Shown: positions 48,602 to 58,715, counted from the first letter of the stretch. The stretch: DNA of 64,000 bases from a virus (IMGVR_UViG_3300024264_000015:1-64000); one strand, 5' to 3'. Notes: generated from the letters alone by a model not told the origin. Numbers and translations are program-made.

Positions 48602-51600
48602 TTATTCTGTCCATGTTGAACCGTCCCAGTAACTTGCACTAAAGTCGCTTATACTTGCGACTTCCGTGTCAAAGATTGTACCCGCCTGAGACGCTGTTAT
48701 TCTTTCAAATACTGTGGTACTCGTATTAAATGTAGTTGTGGTAAGGTGGTCAGTATCTCTAGTAGTTTCTGTTACCTTACCTGTGGCAAATGTTGTGGTT
48801 GTTGTTTTGCCTGTTTCAAATTCTGTTGTTCTAGTAGTTTCAAAAGTAGTTGTTGTGTCATACGCTGTAGACTTAGATGTCGTTGTAGACCTATTTGTCT
48901 CAAATGTAGATACTGTACTTCTGCTTGATGCTGTATCTCTTGCAGTAAGTGTTGCTCTAGCAGTATTAAATGTACTTGTAGTTTCTCTACTAGATTGCGT
49001 AGCTCTAGTGGTTATTGTTCCTAAAGTTGTAGCATATACTGTTGTTGTATCTCTACTTGTAGTTGTTCCTCTAGCTGTATTGAACGTAGTAGTAGTTGCT
49101 CTAGAAGTTCCTGTTACTCTTTGTGAGCCTCTACTTGTTAAGTATGCTGTTTCATATGCAGTACTTCTTGATGTGTTTGTATTTCTAGTAGTTCCGAATG
49201 ATGTATTATCTACATACGCTGTTGTTCTTGAAGTTTCTGTTCCTCTGCTTGTATTTGTGCTTCTACTTGTATTTGTACTTCTGCTTGTTGTAAATACTGT
49301 ATTATCTACATATGCTGTTGTATAGTTTGTATTTACTAAGAATACAGTAGTGAAATTAGTACTATCTACGTATGCGGTTGTTCTTGTAGTATTCGTATTT
49401 CTTGTAGTTGCAAAACTTGTATTATCTACATAGGCTGTTGTTCTACTTGTTTCAGTAGTTCTAGAAGTGTTTGTTGCTTGTGTAGTTGTATATGCAGTTT
49501 CATTTGTAAATGATGTATTATCTACATATGCTGTTGTAAATGATGTATTATCTACATACGCTGTTGTTCTTGAAGTATTTGTGCTTCTTGTAGTTGAGAA
49601 TGAAGTATTATCTACATAAGCTGTTGTAAATGATGTATTATCTACATACGCGGTTGTTCTAGCTGTATTTGTACTTCTTGTAGTTGAGAATGAAGTATTA
49701 TCTACATATGCTGTTGAGAAACTTGTATTATCTACATATGCTGTTGTTCTAGCTGTATTTGTGTTTCTTGTAGTTGCAAATGCAGTGTTATCTACATATG
49801 CTGTTGTAAATGAAGTGTTATAACTTGTGTTGTTTGTAAATCCTGTATCTCTACTTGTGTTAGTGGCTTGTGTTGTATTATATGCTGTGCTATTTGTAAA
49901 CCCAGTATTTCTACTTGTATTCGTTGCTTGTGTTGTATTATATGAAGTAGAGTTTGTAAAGCCTGTATTTCTACTTGTATTTGTAGCCTGTGTAGTTGTT
50001 CTAGATGTATTCGTGTTTCTAGAAGTGTTTGTGTTTCTACTTGTATTTGTTGCTTGCGTAGTATTGTAAGCAGTATTTCTAGAAGTATTCGTGTTTCTAC
50101 TTGTATTCGTTGCTTGTGAAGTATTGTAAGCAGTATTAAATGAAGTATTATTTGCAAATCCTGTAGACCTAGTTGTATTATATGAAGTATTACGTGCACC
50201 AGTTGCTCTAGTTGTATTTACTTGTCTAAATGCTGAACTTGCAGAAGTACCTGTTCTTCTTTGATAAGTTCCAGAATATCCACTATTCTGACCACCACCC
50301 CAGCCGGAATAATAGTTTCCTGGGCTAGACCAGTATACTGTAGTAATTCTATTGTAGTAATAAGTCAGGTATGAAGTAGAGTCTGTAGTTGACCTTGTAG
50401 TTCCATAAGAAGTATTCCTACTAGTATTTGTACCTCTAATTGTACCTCTACTTGTACCAAATGATGTGTTATCTACATAAGCTGTACTGTTTGTAAATCC
50501 TGTACCTCTAGTTGTTCCGAATGAAGTGTTGTCTACATATGCTGTACTATTTGTAAATGAAGTAGAGTTTGTAAATGAAGTACTAAAAGATGTGTTGTCT
50601 ACATATGCAGTGCCTCTAGTTGTATTTGTATTTCTTGTTGTACCAAATGAAGTGTTATCTACGTATGCAGTACTTCTACTTGTGTTTGTATTTCTACTTG
50701 TTCCAAAAGAGGTGTTATCTACATAAGCAGTAGACCTACTTGTATTTGTACTTCTTGTTGTGCTTCTTGTTGTACTTCTCGATGTATTTGTTGCTTGAGT
50801 AGTTGTATACGAAGTAGAGTTTGTAAATCCTGTAGACCTAGAAGTATTTGTAGATTGTGTAGTTGTTCTAGATGTATTTGTTGCTTGAGTAGTTGTATAC
50901 GAAGTATTATTAGTAAATCCTGTACTTCTACTTGTATTCGTAGACTGTGTAGTTGTTCTACTCGTATTAGTAGATTGTGTAGTATCATAACTTGTATTGT
51001 TACTAAATCCTGTACTTCTACTTGTGTTAGTAGACTGTGTAGTTGTTCTACTTGTGTTTGTACTTCTAGCTGTATTTGTATTTCTTGTTGTACCAAATGA
51101 AGTGTTGTCTACATATGCTGTTGCTGTTCCATATACAGTAGTTCTAGAAGTGTTTGTTGCTTGTGTAGTTGTATACGAAGTAGAGTTTGTAAATCCTGTG
51201 TCTCTTGATGTATTTGTATTTCTACTTGTAGTTACACTTGTATTAGAAGCTCTAGAAGTTGTTCTACTCGTATTAGTAGATTGTGTAGTATCATAACTTG
51301 TATTATTCGTAAATCCTGTATTATCTACATAAGCTGTTGATGTATTATATACAGTAGTTCTAGAAGTGTTTGTTGCTTGTGTAGTTGTATACGCTGTCTG
51401 GTTTGTAAATCCTGTAGACCTAGATGTACCAATTACAGTATCAAAACTTGTAACATATGTTGTAGTTGTATTGTAGTTGGTAGTAGTGCTACGTGCGGTA
51501 TTAAAGGTCGTAGTAGTTGTATACGTAGTAGTAGTATCGTGACTTGTTAAAAAAGTGGTTGTAGTTGTATACGCTGTTGTAGTATTAAATACTGTTGTAG

Positions 51601-52018
51601 TACCTTGTGTAGTTGTAAAGGTAGTTGTAGTATTGAATGTTGTAGTAGTTGTAAATAGAGTTGTAGTTGTAGTGGTTGTATTATATGTTGTAGTCGTATT
51701 GTGAGTAGTGCTTCTACTTGTATTCGTAGCTCTATCCGTATCAAATGTTGTTACTCTATCTGTGTTATATGTTGTTGTTGTGCCACGAGTTGTATCAAAT
51801 CCAGTAGTCGTATTAAACGCTGTTACCTGTACACCTGATATGGTAGTTCTAGCTGTTGCTGTATTTCTTGAAGTTTCGTGAACGACAGAAAATGGCCCTT
51901 CTAGAGCACCACTATCGTTTACGTATACTTCATTAACCCTTCGTATTGTGCCATTGTCGTTGATGGCGAGAAAGGATATCTGACGTAATGTACCATTGTC
52001 ATTAACATATATTGCCAT
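48602..52018 (-). CDS. Thr-rich self-complementary beta-hairpin fibre protein
   Basis: 1138 aa of 4/6-residue Thr repeats; antiparallel complementarity i+j=1155; unique central insert; in the tail operon. Confidence 0.8.
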   Translation of the reverse strand: MAIYVNDNGTLRQISFLAINDNGTIRRVNEVYVNDSGALEGPFSVVHETSRNTATARTTISGVQVTAFNTTTGFDTTRGTTTTYNTDRVTTFDTDRATNTSRSTTHNTTTTYNTTTTTTTLFTTTTTFNTTTTFTTTQGTTTVFNTTTAYTTTTTFLTSHDTTTTYTTTTTFNTARSTTTNYNTTTTYVTSFDTVIGTSRSTGFTNQTAYTTTQATNTSRTTVYNTSTAYVDNTGFTNNTSYDTTQSTNTSRTTSRASNTSVTTSRNTNTSRDTGFTNSTSYTTTQATNTSRTTVYGTATAYVDNTSFGTTRNTNTARSTNTSRTTTQSTNTSRSTGFSNNTSYDTTQSTNTSRTTTQSTNTSRSTGFTNNTSYTTTQATNTSRTTTQSTNTSRSTGFTNSTSYTTTQATNTSRSTTRSTTRSTNTSRSTAYVDNTSFGTSRNTNTSRSTAYVDNTSFGTTRNTNTTRGTAYVDNTSFSTSFTNSTSFTNSTAYVDNTSFGTTRGTGFTNSTAYVDNTSFGTSRGTIRGTNTSRNTSYGTTRSTTDSTSYLTYYYNRITTVYWSSPGNYYSGWGGGQNSGYSGTYQRRTGTSASSAFRQVNTTRATGARNTSYNTTRSTGFANNTSFNTAYNTSQATNTSRNTNTSRNTAYNTTQATNTSRNTNTSRNTNTSRTTTQATNTSRNTGFTNSTSYNTTQATNTSRNTGFTNSTAYNTTQATNTSRDTGFTNNTSYNTSFTTAYVDNTAFATTRNTNTARTTAYVDNTSFSTAYVDNTSFSTTRSTNTARTTAYVDNTSFTTAYVDNTSFSTTRSTNTSRTTAYVDNTSFTTAYVDNTSFTNETAYTTTQATNTSRTTETSRTTAYVDNTSFATTRNTNTTRTTAYVDSTNFTTVFLVNTNYTTAYVDNTVFTTSRSTNTSRSTNTSRGTETSRTTAYVDNTSFGTTRNTNTSRSTAYETAYLTSRGSQRVTGTSRATTTTFNTARGTTTSRDTTTVYATTLGTITTRATQSSRETTSTFNTARATLTARDTASSRSTVSTFETNRSTTTSKSTAYDTTTTFETTRTTEFETGKTTTTTFATGKVTETTRDTDHLTTTTFNTSTTVFERITASQAGTIFDTEVASISDFSASYWDGSTWTE

Positions 52019-52021
52019 TTT

Positions 52022-52243
52022 TTAACTCGAATAGACAAACCATACATGACCGTCACTCGTTCCTGAAGTATTTGTTGGTGCTGTTGTTGTTATTGTAAAA
52101 GGTAGTCTAGCTTTTGCGATAGTACCAGAGCCAATCTTTCCTGATGCGACCGCTCCTTGAAAGTTTCTGCTAGAGTCAACTACCTGTGTTCCATCAATCT
52201 TGATACCTGCGTCTTCGATGTTAAAATCTAATTTTTGTCCCAT
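52022..52243 (-). CDS. small fibre adaptor-like protein
   Basis: C-terminal TTAP..SDGHVWF motif typical of tail accessory proteins. Confidence 0.55.
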   Translation of the reverse strand: MGQKLDFNIEDAGIKIDGTQVVDSSRNFQGAVASGKIGSGTIAKARLPFTITTTAPTNTSGTSDGHVWFVYSS

Positions 52244-52244
52244 T

Positions 52245-55200
52245 TTATACCTCTATTGTTGTTCTTATGAACTTGTATGCCATTGTGTCTGCACTTGCTG
52301 GCGTTACTCTTAATCTTACATTACCTGCACTTACATCTGCGTCAAATGTTGCTTGTGCTCCATTGTCAAAGATAGACGCGTACTGTGTTAAGTATACATC
52401 TGACCCATCATGGAATAGGAAAATTTCTAATGCTTGATAATCTGAATCTGTTGTGTTTTTAATCTGTACTACATATTTAGCAGTTCTAAATACAGTAGTT
52501 GCAAAACTATCTAGTGTAAATACTGTCGTTGCAGATGAACTTCCTGTACCAACATCCATACCAGCTACTTCGTCTATGTGAAGTTTTTGTGGTGGATTAG
52601 TGTCTTGAATACCTATGCTACCTGCTACATTTACTTTATTAGATGTGCTTCCACCAAACCCTAAATCTCCTCCAAATGTAATACTTCCTGTCATTGTTTT
52701 ACCACCAAGTGCTGCACTTGATAATTGTGTAGTTGTTATAGAGTTATTTGCAATCTCACTTGACCCAATAGCGTTTGCTGCTATTTTACTGGCGTCTATA
52801 GCATTGTCTTGAATTTTTGCAGTTGTTACTGAATTACCAGCTAATTGTGCTGTATTAATTAGACCATCTTGTATAAAGCTAACGCTATTTATTGCGTTTG
52901 CAGCTAGTTGTGTTGCTGTGATAGAAGCGTTTGGTATTTTTGCAGAAGTAATAGCATTATCAGCTATCTCTACTGCTGTTATTGTACCATTTGGTATTTT
53001 AGCACCTGATACAGAGTTATCAGCTAATTTACCTACTGTTACTGCTCCTGTGCCTATTTGTTCTTCTGTTACTGCACCTGAAGCTATTTTGTTTACTGTT
53101 ACGGAGTTAGAACCAAGTTTTGCTTCTGTTACAGAACCAGTTGATAAATGAATAGCATCTATACTTCCTGTTACTAACTCTGCTGAATCAACGGAGTTAG
53201 AAGCAATATGTCTGGCTAGTACAGCGTCTGTTGCTAGTTTAGTAGCATCTATTGAGTTGTCAGCCATATTGCCTGTAGCAATAGTATTGGCTGCTATTTT
53301 TCCTGTTGTGACCGAGGCGTCTGCTAGATGCTCGTTATCTATACTTCCTGCAACATAATGTTCTGAATTTATAACATCATCTGCTATTTTTGTGCCGTCT
53401 ACTATGTCTGCGGCTAAATGTATTCTGTCTATACTGCCTGATACGAGTTCTGAACTGTCTACAGAGTTTGCTGCTAAGTGTAATGCTCCTACAGAGCCAG
53501 TAATTAATTCTGAAGCTCCGACAGCATTTGCTGCTATCTTACTAGCGTCTACAGCATTTGTTCCTATTTTTGCACTTATTACTGCACCAGAAGCTAACTG
53601 TGTAGAGCCTACTGCTCCTCCAGCTATTTCTGCAGCTCCTACAGCATTGTCTGCTATATGAGAAGCATCAATAGACCCTGTTGATATTTTATTAGCATTT
53701 ATTGCGTTATTTGCAATGTTTGGCCCTGTAATAGTTTCTGAGCCTACTTTGGCACCAGTGACTGCGTCATCTGCTAAGTGTATAGTATCAATGCTACCTG
53801 TCACTAATTCTGCTGAATCTACTGAGTTTGCTGCTAGTTCACTTGCTGTTATGCTTCCTGCGACTATCTTACTTGCATTTACTGTGTTGTTTGCAATCGC
53901 ACTTGCTGTTCCTGTTAAGTTACCTGTAACGTTGCCTTCTACATTTGCTACTATAGTACCTGTTGTAATTGTTAGGTCACCTGTTGAAGCACCTGTAAAT
54001 GTGCCTGTACCTACTTTAAATTTATCTTCACTTTCATCAAATCCTATAAATGCGTTATTTGAATCTCCTCTTTCAATTACTATACCAGCGTCTCCATTTG
54101 GAGACCCTGTTGTACCTGTACCTAATTCTAATAATGGGTCAGATATTGTAGTTGTAGTAGAGTTAACAGTCGTTGTTGTACCGTTTACTGTTAAGTTTCC
54201 TGAAAGTGTAACGTTTCCTGTGAATGTTTGACCACCTAATGCATCTGATTTAAGTTCAGAAGCTGATACTGCATTTGCTGATATTTCACTGTTACCAACT
54301 GCATTTGCGGCTATCTTTGCTCCTGTTACAGCATTGCCTGCTATATGTATTGCATCAATAGAGCCAGAGATTAATTCTGCGCTGTCTACTGAATTGTCTG
54401 CTAGTTCGCTTGAACCTACAGCACCTGCATTGATGTGTCTTGCTAGTATTTGGTCTGTTGCAATTTTTGCTGAAGTAACTTGGTTAGCTGCAATATGTAT
54501 TGTGTCAATACTACCAGTTGCTATTTCTGAACTATCTATTGAGTTTTCAGCTATATGTGTTACATCTATAACACCTGTACCTATTTTTGCAGCAGTGATT
54601 GAATTATCCCCTAAATGTATAGTATCTATACTACCTGTTACTAACTCTGCTGAATCTACTGAGTTTGCTCCTAAGTGGTCTGCTGTTATTGTTGCTGTAG
54701 GTATGTGTCTTGCAACGATTGAATTTTGTGCTATCTTAGTTCCGTCTACTGCGTTATCTGCAATATTGGCTAAGGCTATTGTATTGGCGGCTATTTTTGC
54801 GCCTGTTACTTGTAAGTTTCCTATATGTGCAGTATCTATACTACCATCTACTAAATGTTCTGAATCTATTGAGTCATCTGCAATTTTTGAGCCACTTACT
54901 GCATCCGCTCCTATTTTTCCACTAGTTACTGCTCCTGTACCTATTTTTGCTTCTGTTACTTGTGAAGCTCCAATATGTATAGTATCAATGCTACCTGATA
55001 CAAGTTCAGAACTATCAATAGAGTTTGCAGCTATTTGTGTAGAACCTACACTATTAATTCCTACATTGGAACTATTTACTATTGCTGTCCAACCCATGTT
55101 AGCGTGTGCTGAACATTGGTAATACAATATTTGAGGAGTAGTACTCGTAACGGCAATTTCTGTGTATGCACCTGAACTTCCTGCTGTTCCGTTATTTGTA

Positions 55201-56120
55201 ACTCCTGTAGTATAAGCCGTTGTTTTATTGGCTTCTAAATAAAATCTGAAAGGATGGTTAGCGTTTGACGAGTCATCTTGCTTAAATTTATAGGTATTCC
55301 CAGGTTGTAATACTAATACTGGAGACTCTTTGCTTTCGAACTTATATCCTAGAGTGCTACCATTTCCGTAGTCACCATGTGCGGAAGTTTTTGTAACAAC
55401 CGTTACATCATATTCATAAGTTCCAAATTCTTGAATTGATTTTGCGTTCTTGTGTATTTCACTTGAAGTAACATTATCAGCAACTATTTTTGCTGTACTC
55501 ACTGAATTTGTGCTTAGTTTTGCACCTGTTACTTGTAAAGCTCCAATATGTATAGTGTCAATACTACCTGTTATTAGTTCGCTAGAGTCTACTGAGTTTG
55601 CGCCAAGTTGTGTTGAAGTAATACTCCCATCAGCAATATGATGAGCAGTAACTGCATTTTGGGCAATCCTCGCTGTTGTTATTTGATTTTCAGCAATCTT
55701 GTCTGTAGTTACAGCATTATCAGCTATCTGTAATGTTTCGATTGCGTTTGTTGCTATCTCTGAAGTGTCTACTGAGTTTGCAGCTATCTCGTTGGAAGTA
55801 ACAGCGTTAGCAGCTATTTTGGCTGTTGTGACTTGTCCTGTTCCAAGGTGAATAGTATCAATAGAACCACTTACTAACTCACTTGAATCTACTGAGTTTG
55901 CAGATATACCTGCGTTTGTTACTGAGTTATCTCCTACACCTGTTACCGCACTAGCTTGTAGCTGTGCAGCTCCAACAGAGTTTGTAGCAAGTTCTGAGGT
56001 GGTAATAGCATTAACTGCTATTTCAGAAGCACCAATAGCATTTGCAGCTATCTTTGATGCTACTACACTATTGTTTCCTATTGAATCTTGTTGTACTAAA
56101 AATTTACCGATTAGTGGCAT
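52245..56120 (-). CDS. long repeat tail-fibre protein with an inserted cupredoxin-like domain
   Basis: 5/10-residue repeats (NAVTxAKIA, GSIDTIHL, NSVDSAEL); HPF..YYQCSAHANMG insert. Confidence 0.75.
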   Translation of the reverse strand: MPLIGKFLVQQDSIGNNSVVASKIAANAIGASEIAVNAITTSELATNSVGAAQLQASAVTGVGDNSVTNAGISANSVDSSELVSGSIDTIHLGTGQVTTAKIAANAVTSNEIAANSVDTSEIATNAIETLQIADNAVTTDKIAENQITTARIAQNAVTAHHIADGSITSTQLGANSVDSSELITGSIDTIHIGALQVTGAKLSTNSVSTAKIVADNVTSSEIHKNAKSIQEFGTYEYDVTVVTKTSAHGDYGNGSTLGYKFESKESPVLVLQPGNTYKFKQDDSSNANHPFRFYLEANKTTAYTTGVTNNGTAGSSGAYTEIAVTSTTPQILYYQCSAHANMGWTAIVNSSNVGINSVGSTQIAANSIDSSELVSGSIDTIHIGASQVTEAKIGTGAVTSGKIGADAVSGSKIADDSIDSEHLVDGSIDTAHIGNLQVTGAKIAANTIALANIADNAVDGTKIAQNSIVARHIPTATITADHLGANSVDSAELVTGSIDTIHLGDNSITAAKIGTGVIDVTHIAENSIDSSEIATGSIDTIHIAANQVTSAKIATDQILARHINAGAVGSSELADNSVDSAELISGSIDAIHIAGNAVTGAKIAANAVGNSEISANAVSASELKSDALGGQTFTGNVTLSGNLTVNGTTTTVNSTTTTISDPLLELGTGTTGSPNGDAGIVIERGDSNNAFIGFDESEDKFKVGTGTFTGASTGDLTITTGTIVANVEGNVTGNLTGTASAIANNTVNASKIVAGSITASELAANSVDSAELVTGSIDTIHLADDAVTGAKVGSETITGPNIANNAINANKISTGSIDASHIADNAVGAAEIAGGAVGSTQLASGAVISAKIGTNAVDASKIAANAVGASELITGSVGALHLAANSVDSSELVSGSIDRIHLAADIVDGTKIADDVINSEHYVAGSIDNEHLADASVTTGKIAANTIATGNMADNSIDATKLATDAVLARHIASNSVDSAELVTGSIDAIHLSTGSVTEAKLGSNSVTVNKIASGAVTEEQIGTGAVTVGKLADNSVSGAKIPNGTITAVEIADNAITSAKIPNASITATQLAANAINSVSFIQDGLINTAQLAGNSVTTAKIQDNAIDASKIAANAIGSSEIANNSITTTQLSSAALGGKTMTGSITFGGDLGFGGSTSNKVNVAGSIGIQDTNPPQKLHIDEVAGMDVGTGSSSATTVFTLDSFATTVFRTAKYVVQIKNTTDSDYQALEIFLFHDGSDVYLTQYASIFDNGAQATFDADVSAGNVRLRVTPASADTMAYKFIRTTIEV

Positions 56121-56121
56121 T

Positions 56122-56454
56122 TTATGTTTGCTCCAAATAAGATAGAACTACGTCTATCGAGCTTGACGTGTTTGACTGTACTTTAATTGCATCACCAGCT
56201 TCTAATACTACTTTTGCGTCTCCACCAATTGGTGCGAGTGTTGAACCTGCTGGTATTTCTATTCCATGAACTATACTGATGTGATTAGTTGTACTTGCGT
56301 CATAAAATTGAGCAGTAGCATTTATATCTGCGCCGCCAACATTACATAGATATAAACCTATAATCGTTGTTGTTGTTGAACTAGGACAAGTGTATACTGT
56401 AGATAAACTTGTTCCTATGTCATTTCCTGTTGCTGTTTTAAATGCTGATGCCAT
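56122..56454 (-). CDS. small virion structural protein
   Basis: VYTCPS..KVVLEAGDAIKV; in the tail operon. Confidence 0.6.
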   Translation of the reverse strand: MASAFKTATGNDIGTSLSTVYTCPSSTTTTIIGLYLCNVGGADINATAQFYDASTTNHISIVHGIEIPAGSTLAPIGGDAKVVLEAGDAIKVQSNTSSSIDVVLSYLEQT

Positions 56455-56458
56455 AATC

Positions 56459-56668
56459 TTATCCTAATGCTATCGAGAAAGCTACTAGGTCATCTGTTGT
56501 TAATGCTCCTGGTACATGACTGGCTATAGTTATTATTGAGCCGTCTGCTTTCTTTGTATAAATCTTTTGGTCAGCCACATTCATAGCAAGTTCATGTGTT
56601 TGTAAATCGCTTGACTGTGGCACAGATAATGCTGTTTCTGACCTTTTTGGTTTAATAACGTGAGACAT
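56459..56668 (-). CDS. small protein with a fibre-attachment N-terminal domain
   Basis: IKPKRS..P..L..ELAMN..KIY, similar to the N-terminus of the upstream fibre. Confidence 0.55.
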   Translation of the reverse strand: MSHVIKPKRSETALSVPQSSDLQTHELAMNVADQKIYTKKADGSIITIASHVPGALTTDDLVAFSIALG

Positions 56669-56670
56669 TC

Positions 56671-58314
56671 TTAGAAAGTACCTCCGTCTAATGTGTTAGT
56701 CCATGTTATTGTTCCGTTGTTTCCTACTTGTAATACTTGTCCTACAGAGTGTGTAGAGTCGTATGTTCCGATTGATAAAGAAGCAAAAGAGCTACCACCA
56801 TTTGCACCATATAATAGTGTACCTTCTGGTAGTGCGCTTACTCCTTTTAATCTTGCTGTGTCTGAATTAAGTTCTATTGTAGTATTATCTACATTTACAG
56901 ATAATGTATTTCCTGATTTTGCTAAACCGTTTCCTGCTGTAACACTACCAGCTCCTGAGAACTGTGTAAATGTTAAACTATCTGTACCAATGGAAGCTGA
57001 GCCAGTTATGTTTGAAAGTACAAAACCTGCATCTGCATCACTACCTTCTTCAACAAATGTAAACATACCACCAGTAACTTCTGCTGCACTGTCTGCATCT
57101 GTTGTTCTTGTAAGAACGTATGGGTTTCCAACATCACCTACTGTTGTTACAGAGTAGATACCGTTTTGTTTTCCGTCTGTCTGTGCTTTTACAAGTACTC
57201 TGTCTCCAGATGTTAAGTTAGTGCTATCTATAGAAACCGCACCATTACCACTTGCTGTAAGTGTTGCACCGACGCCACTAGTACCATTATTATAAGTTGT
57301 ATTTAAATTACTCTGTGAGCCAACTCTTACTGAATCTTTGATATCTAGTGCTTGTTTTACAGAATCAACATATGCTTTAGTTGTAGCATCAGTTGCTTGT
57401 GCTGGAGTACCAATATTAGTTATTTTGTTACCGCCCATATCAACTGTTTGTGAGCCTGCGACTGTTAAGCCACCATCAAAGTCAGCTGATTGTGTGAATG
57501 TTGCTGTACCAGTAACTGTTACTGTATCTCCTGAATTATCTCCAAGAATAACATTACCGTCTGCTTTTAACTGTCCGTCTACTTCTAAGTTTGAAGAGAA
57601 AGTCGCATTATTAGTTACTGCTAATGTACCTGCGATTGCTGTATTACCTTCTCCGCTTGTTACTGTGAATTTGTCTGTGTTAATTGTTAAGTTACCAGCA
57701 GCTGATATAGCTCCATTAGAAGATAAAGAATTAACTGTTGCAGAACTTGATACATCTAAAGTACCATTTAAATCTACGTTCTTGCCAAGTTCAATTTCTT
57801 CACTACCGTTTGTGGTAATTAATTTAATATAAGAAGTACCGCCTTCATTAATATCTAACGCTGCTGCATTATCATCTAAGATAGTGATTGAGTTAGATTG
57901 TGAGGCTAAAGATAAAGTACCTCCATGAGTGACTGTTACTGTACCAGCTGCATTTAATCCTAATGCTCCTGCTGATGAAATTGTTATGTCGCCACTTGTT
58001 ACTGTTTTTAAAGTAAGTGCTGAAGCTGAAGTTGCTAATGTATTGTTAGCACCTGTAATTGCTGTAGCCCCAGTAAGTATTCTATCTATTTTACTATCTG
58101 AGCCAACAATAACTGCTGAGTTAGCTGTTAAAGTCCCATGTGCATGGTCGAGCATTGCAACATACAAATCTCCACCGATTGTTGTTACTGCTGAACTACT
58201 AGGGTGACCTATAAATAGCTTTTGCGAATTAGAAGAATACGCTAACTCACCAGCACCTAACGAGGTAGGAGCAGCGGTGGAACTACTTCTTTTGATTTTA
58301 ATGGTTTGTGCCAT
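56671..58314 (-). CDS. tail fibre protein
   Basis: IKIKRS..GELAY; DATTKAYVD; GDRVLVKAQT..NGIY; C-terminal DGGTF. Confidence 0.75.
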   Translation of the reverse strand: MAQTIKIKRSSSTAAPTSLGAGELAYSSNSQKLFIGHPSSSAVTTIGGDLYVAMLDHAHGTLTANSAVIVGSDSKIDRILTGATAITGANNTLATSASALTLKTVTSGDITISSAGALGLNAAGTVTVTHGGTLSLASQSNSITILDDNAAALDINEGGTSYIKLITTNGSEEIELGKNVDLNGTLDVSSSATVNSLSSNGAISAAGNLTINTDKFTVTSGEGNTAIAGTLAVTNNATFSSNLEVDGQLKADGNVILGDNSGDTVTVTGTATFTQSADFDGGLTVAGSQTVDMGGNKITNIGTPAQATDATTKAYVDSVKQALDIKDSVRVGSQSNLNTTYNNGTSGVGATLTASGNGAVSIDSTNLTSGDRVLVKAQTDGKQNGIYSVTTVGDVGNPYVLTRTTDADSAAEVTGGMFTFVEEGSDADAGFVLSNITGSASIGTDSLTFTQFSGAGSVTAGNGLAKSGNTLSVNVDNTTIELNSDTARLKGVSALPEGTLLYGANGGSSFASLSIGTYDSTHSVGQVLQVGNNGTITWTNTLDGGTF

Positions 58315-58334
58315 GATTATTTCCTATCGAGCTA

Positions 58335-58715
58335 TTAAAAGCTCCCTGCGTCTACCGTGTCTGAGTCGGCTGAATTGTTACCTATCATTATAGGGACAAA
58401 TTCAAAGTTTCCACTCGATGTTTCACGGTAAATCTTTAACTGATTATCATCAGTATCATAAAATAAATCTCCTTCAGCCAAGTCTGTTGTACTTGATGTA
58501 GGAGCTGTTGTTGAGACAAAGAATTGATTTGCTAGAAAGTTAAGTGCACCTTCTACAGTCGTTTCACTTGCCAGTGTACCTACAGGATTAGAGAGACTAA
58601 TTCCTGCAGCGTCATCAGCTGTACCAGCAATTGCGTTAGATATTGTTAGAGTTGTACTTTGAGATGTAGCACTGATGCTTGTATTATTAGGAGTAATAGT
58701 TATCGTTGTTGCCAT
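58335..58715 (-). CDS. tail accessory protein
   Basis: EGDLFYDTDD; C-terminal DAGSF. Confidence 0.6.
   Translation of the reverse strand: MATTITITPNNTSISATSQSTTLTISNAIAGTADDAAGISLSNPVGTLASETTVEGALNFLANQFFVSTTAPTSSTTDLAEGDLFYDTDDNQLKIYRETSSGNFEFVPIMIGNNSADSDTVDAGSF

Noticed and set aside
48714-51296. Val-rich + strand ORFs over the Thr-rich gene
   Set aside because: Antisense shadows of repetitive Thr codons; no SD or independent signal
48602-52018. Ice-nucleation/antifreeze beta-solenoid or plain disordered mucin
   Set aside because: TxT is present, but the irregular 4/6 spacing mirrored between halves fits a hairpin, not a fixed-period solenoid or disorder; ice binding is not excluded
48602-56120. 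CRISPR array or non-coding satellite
   Set aside because: Repeats are in-frame and codon-degenerate with no unique spacers; no cas genes
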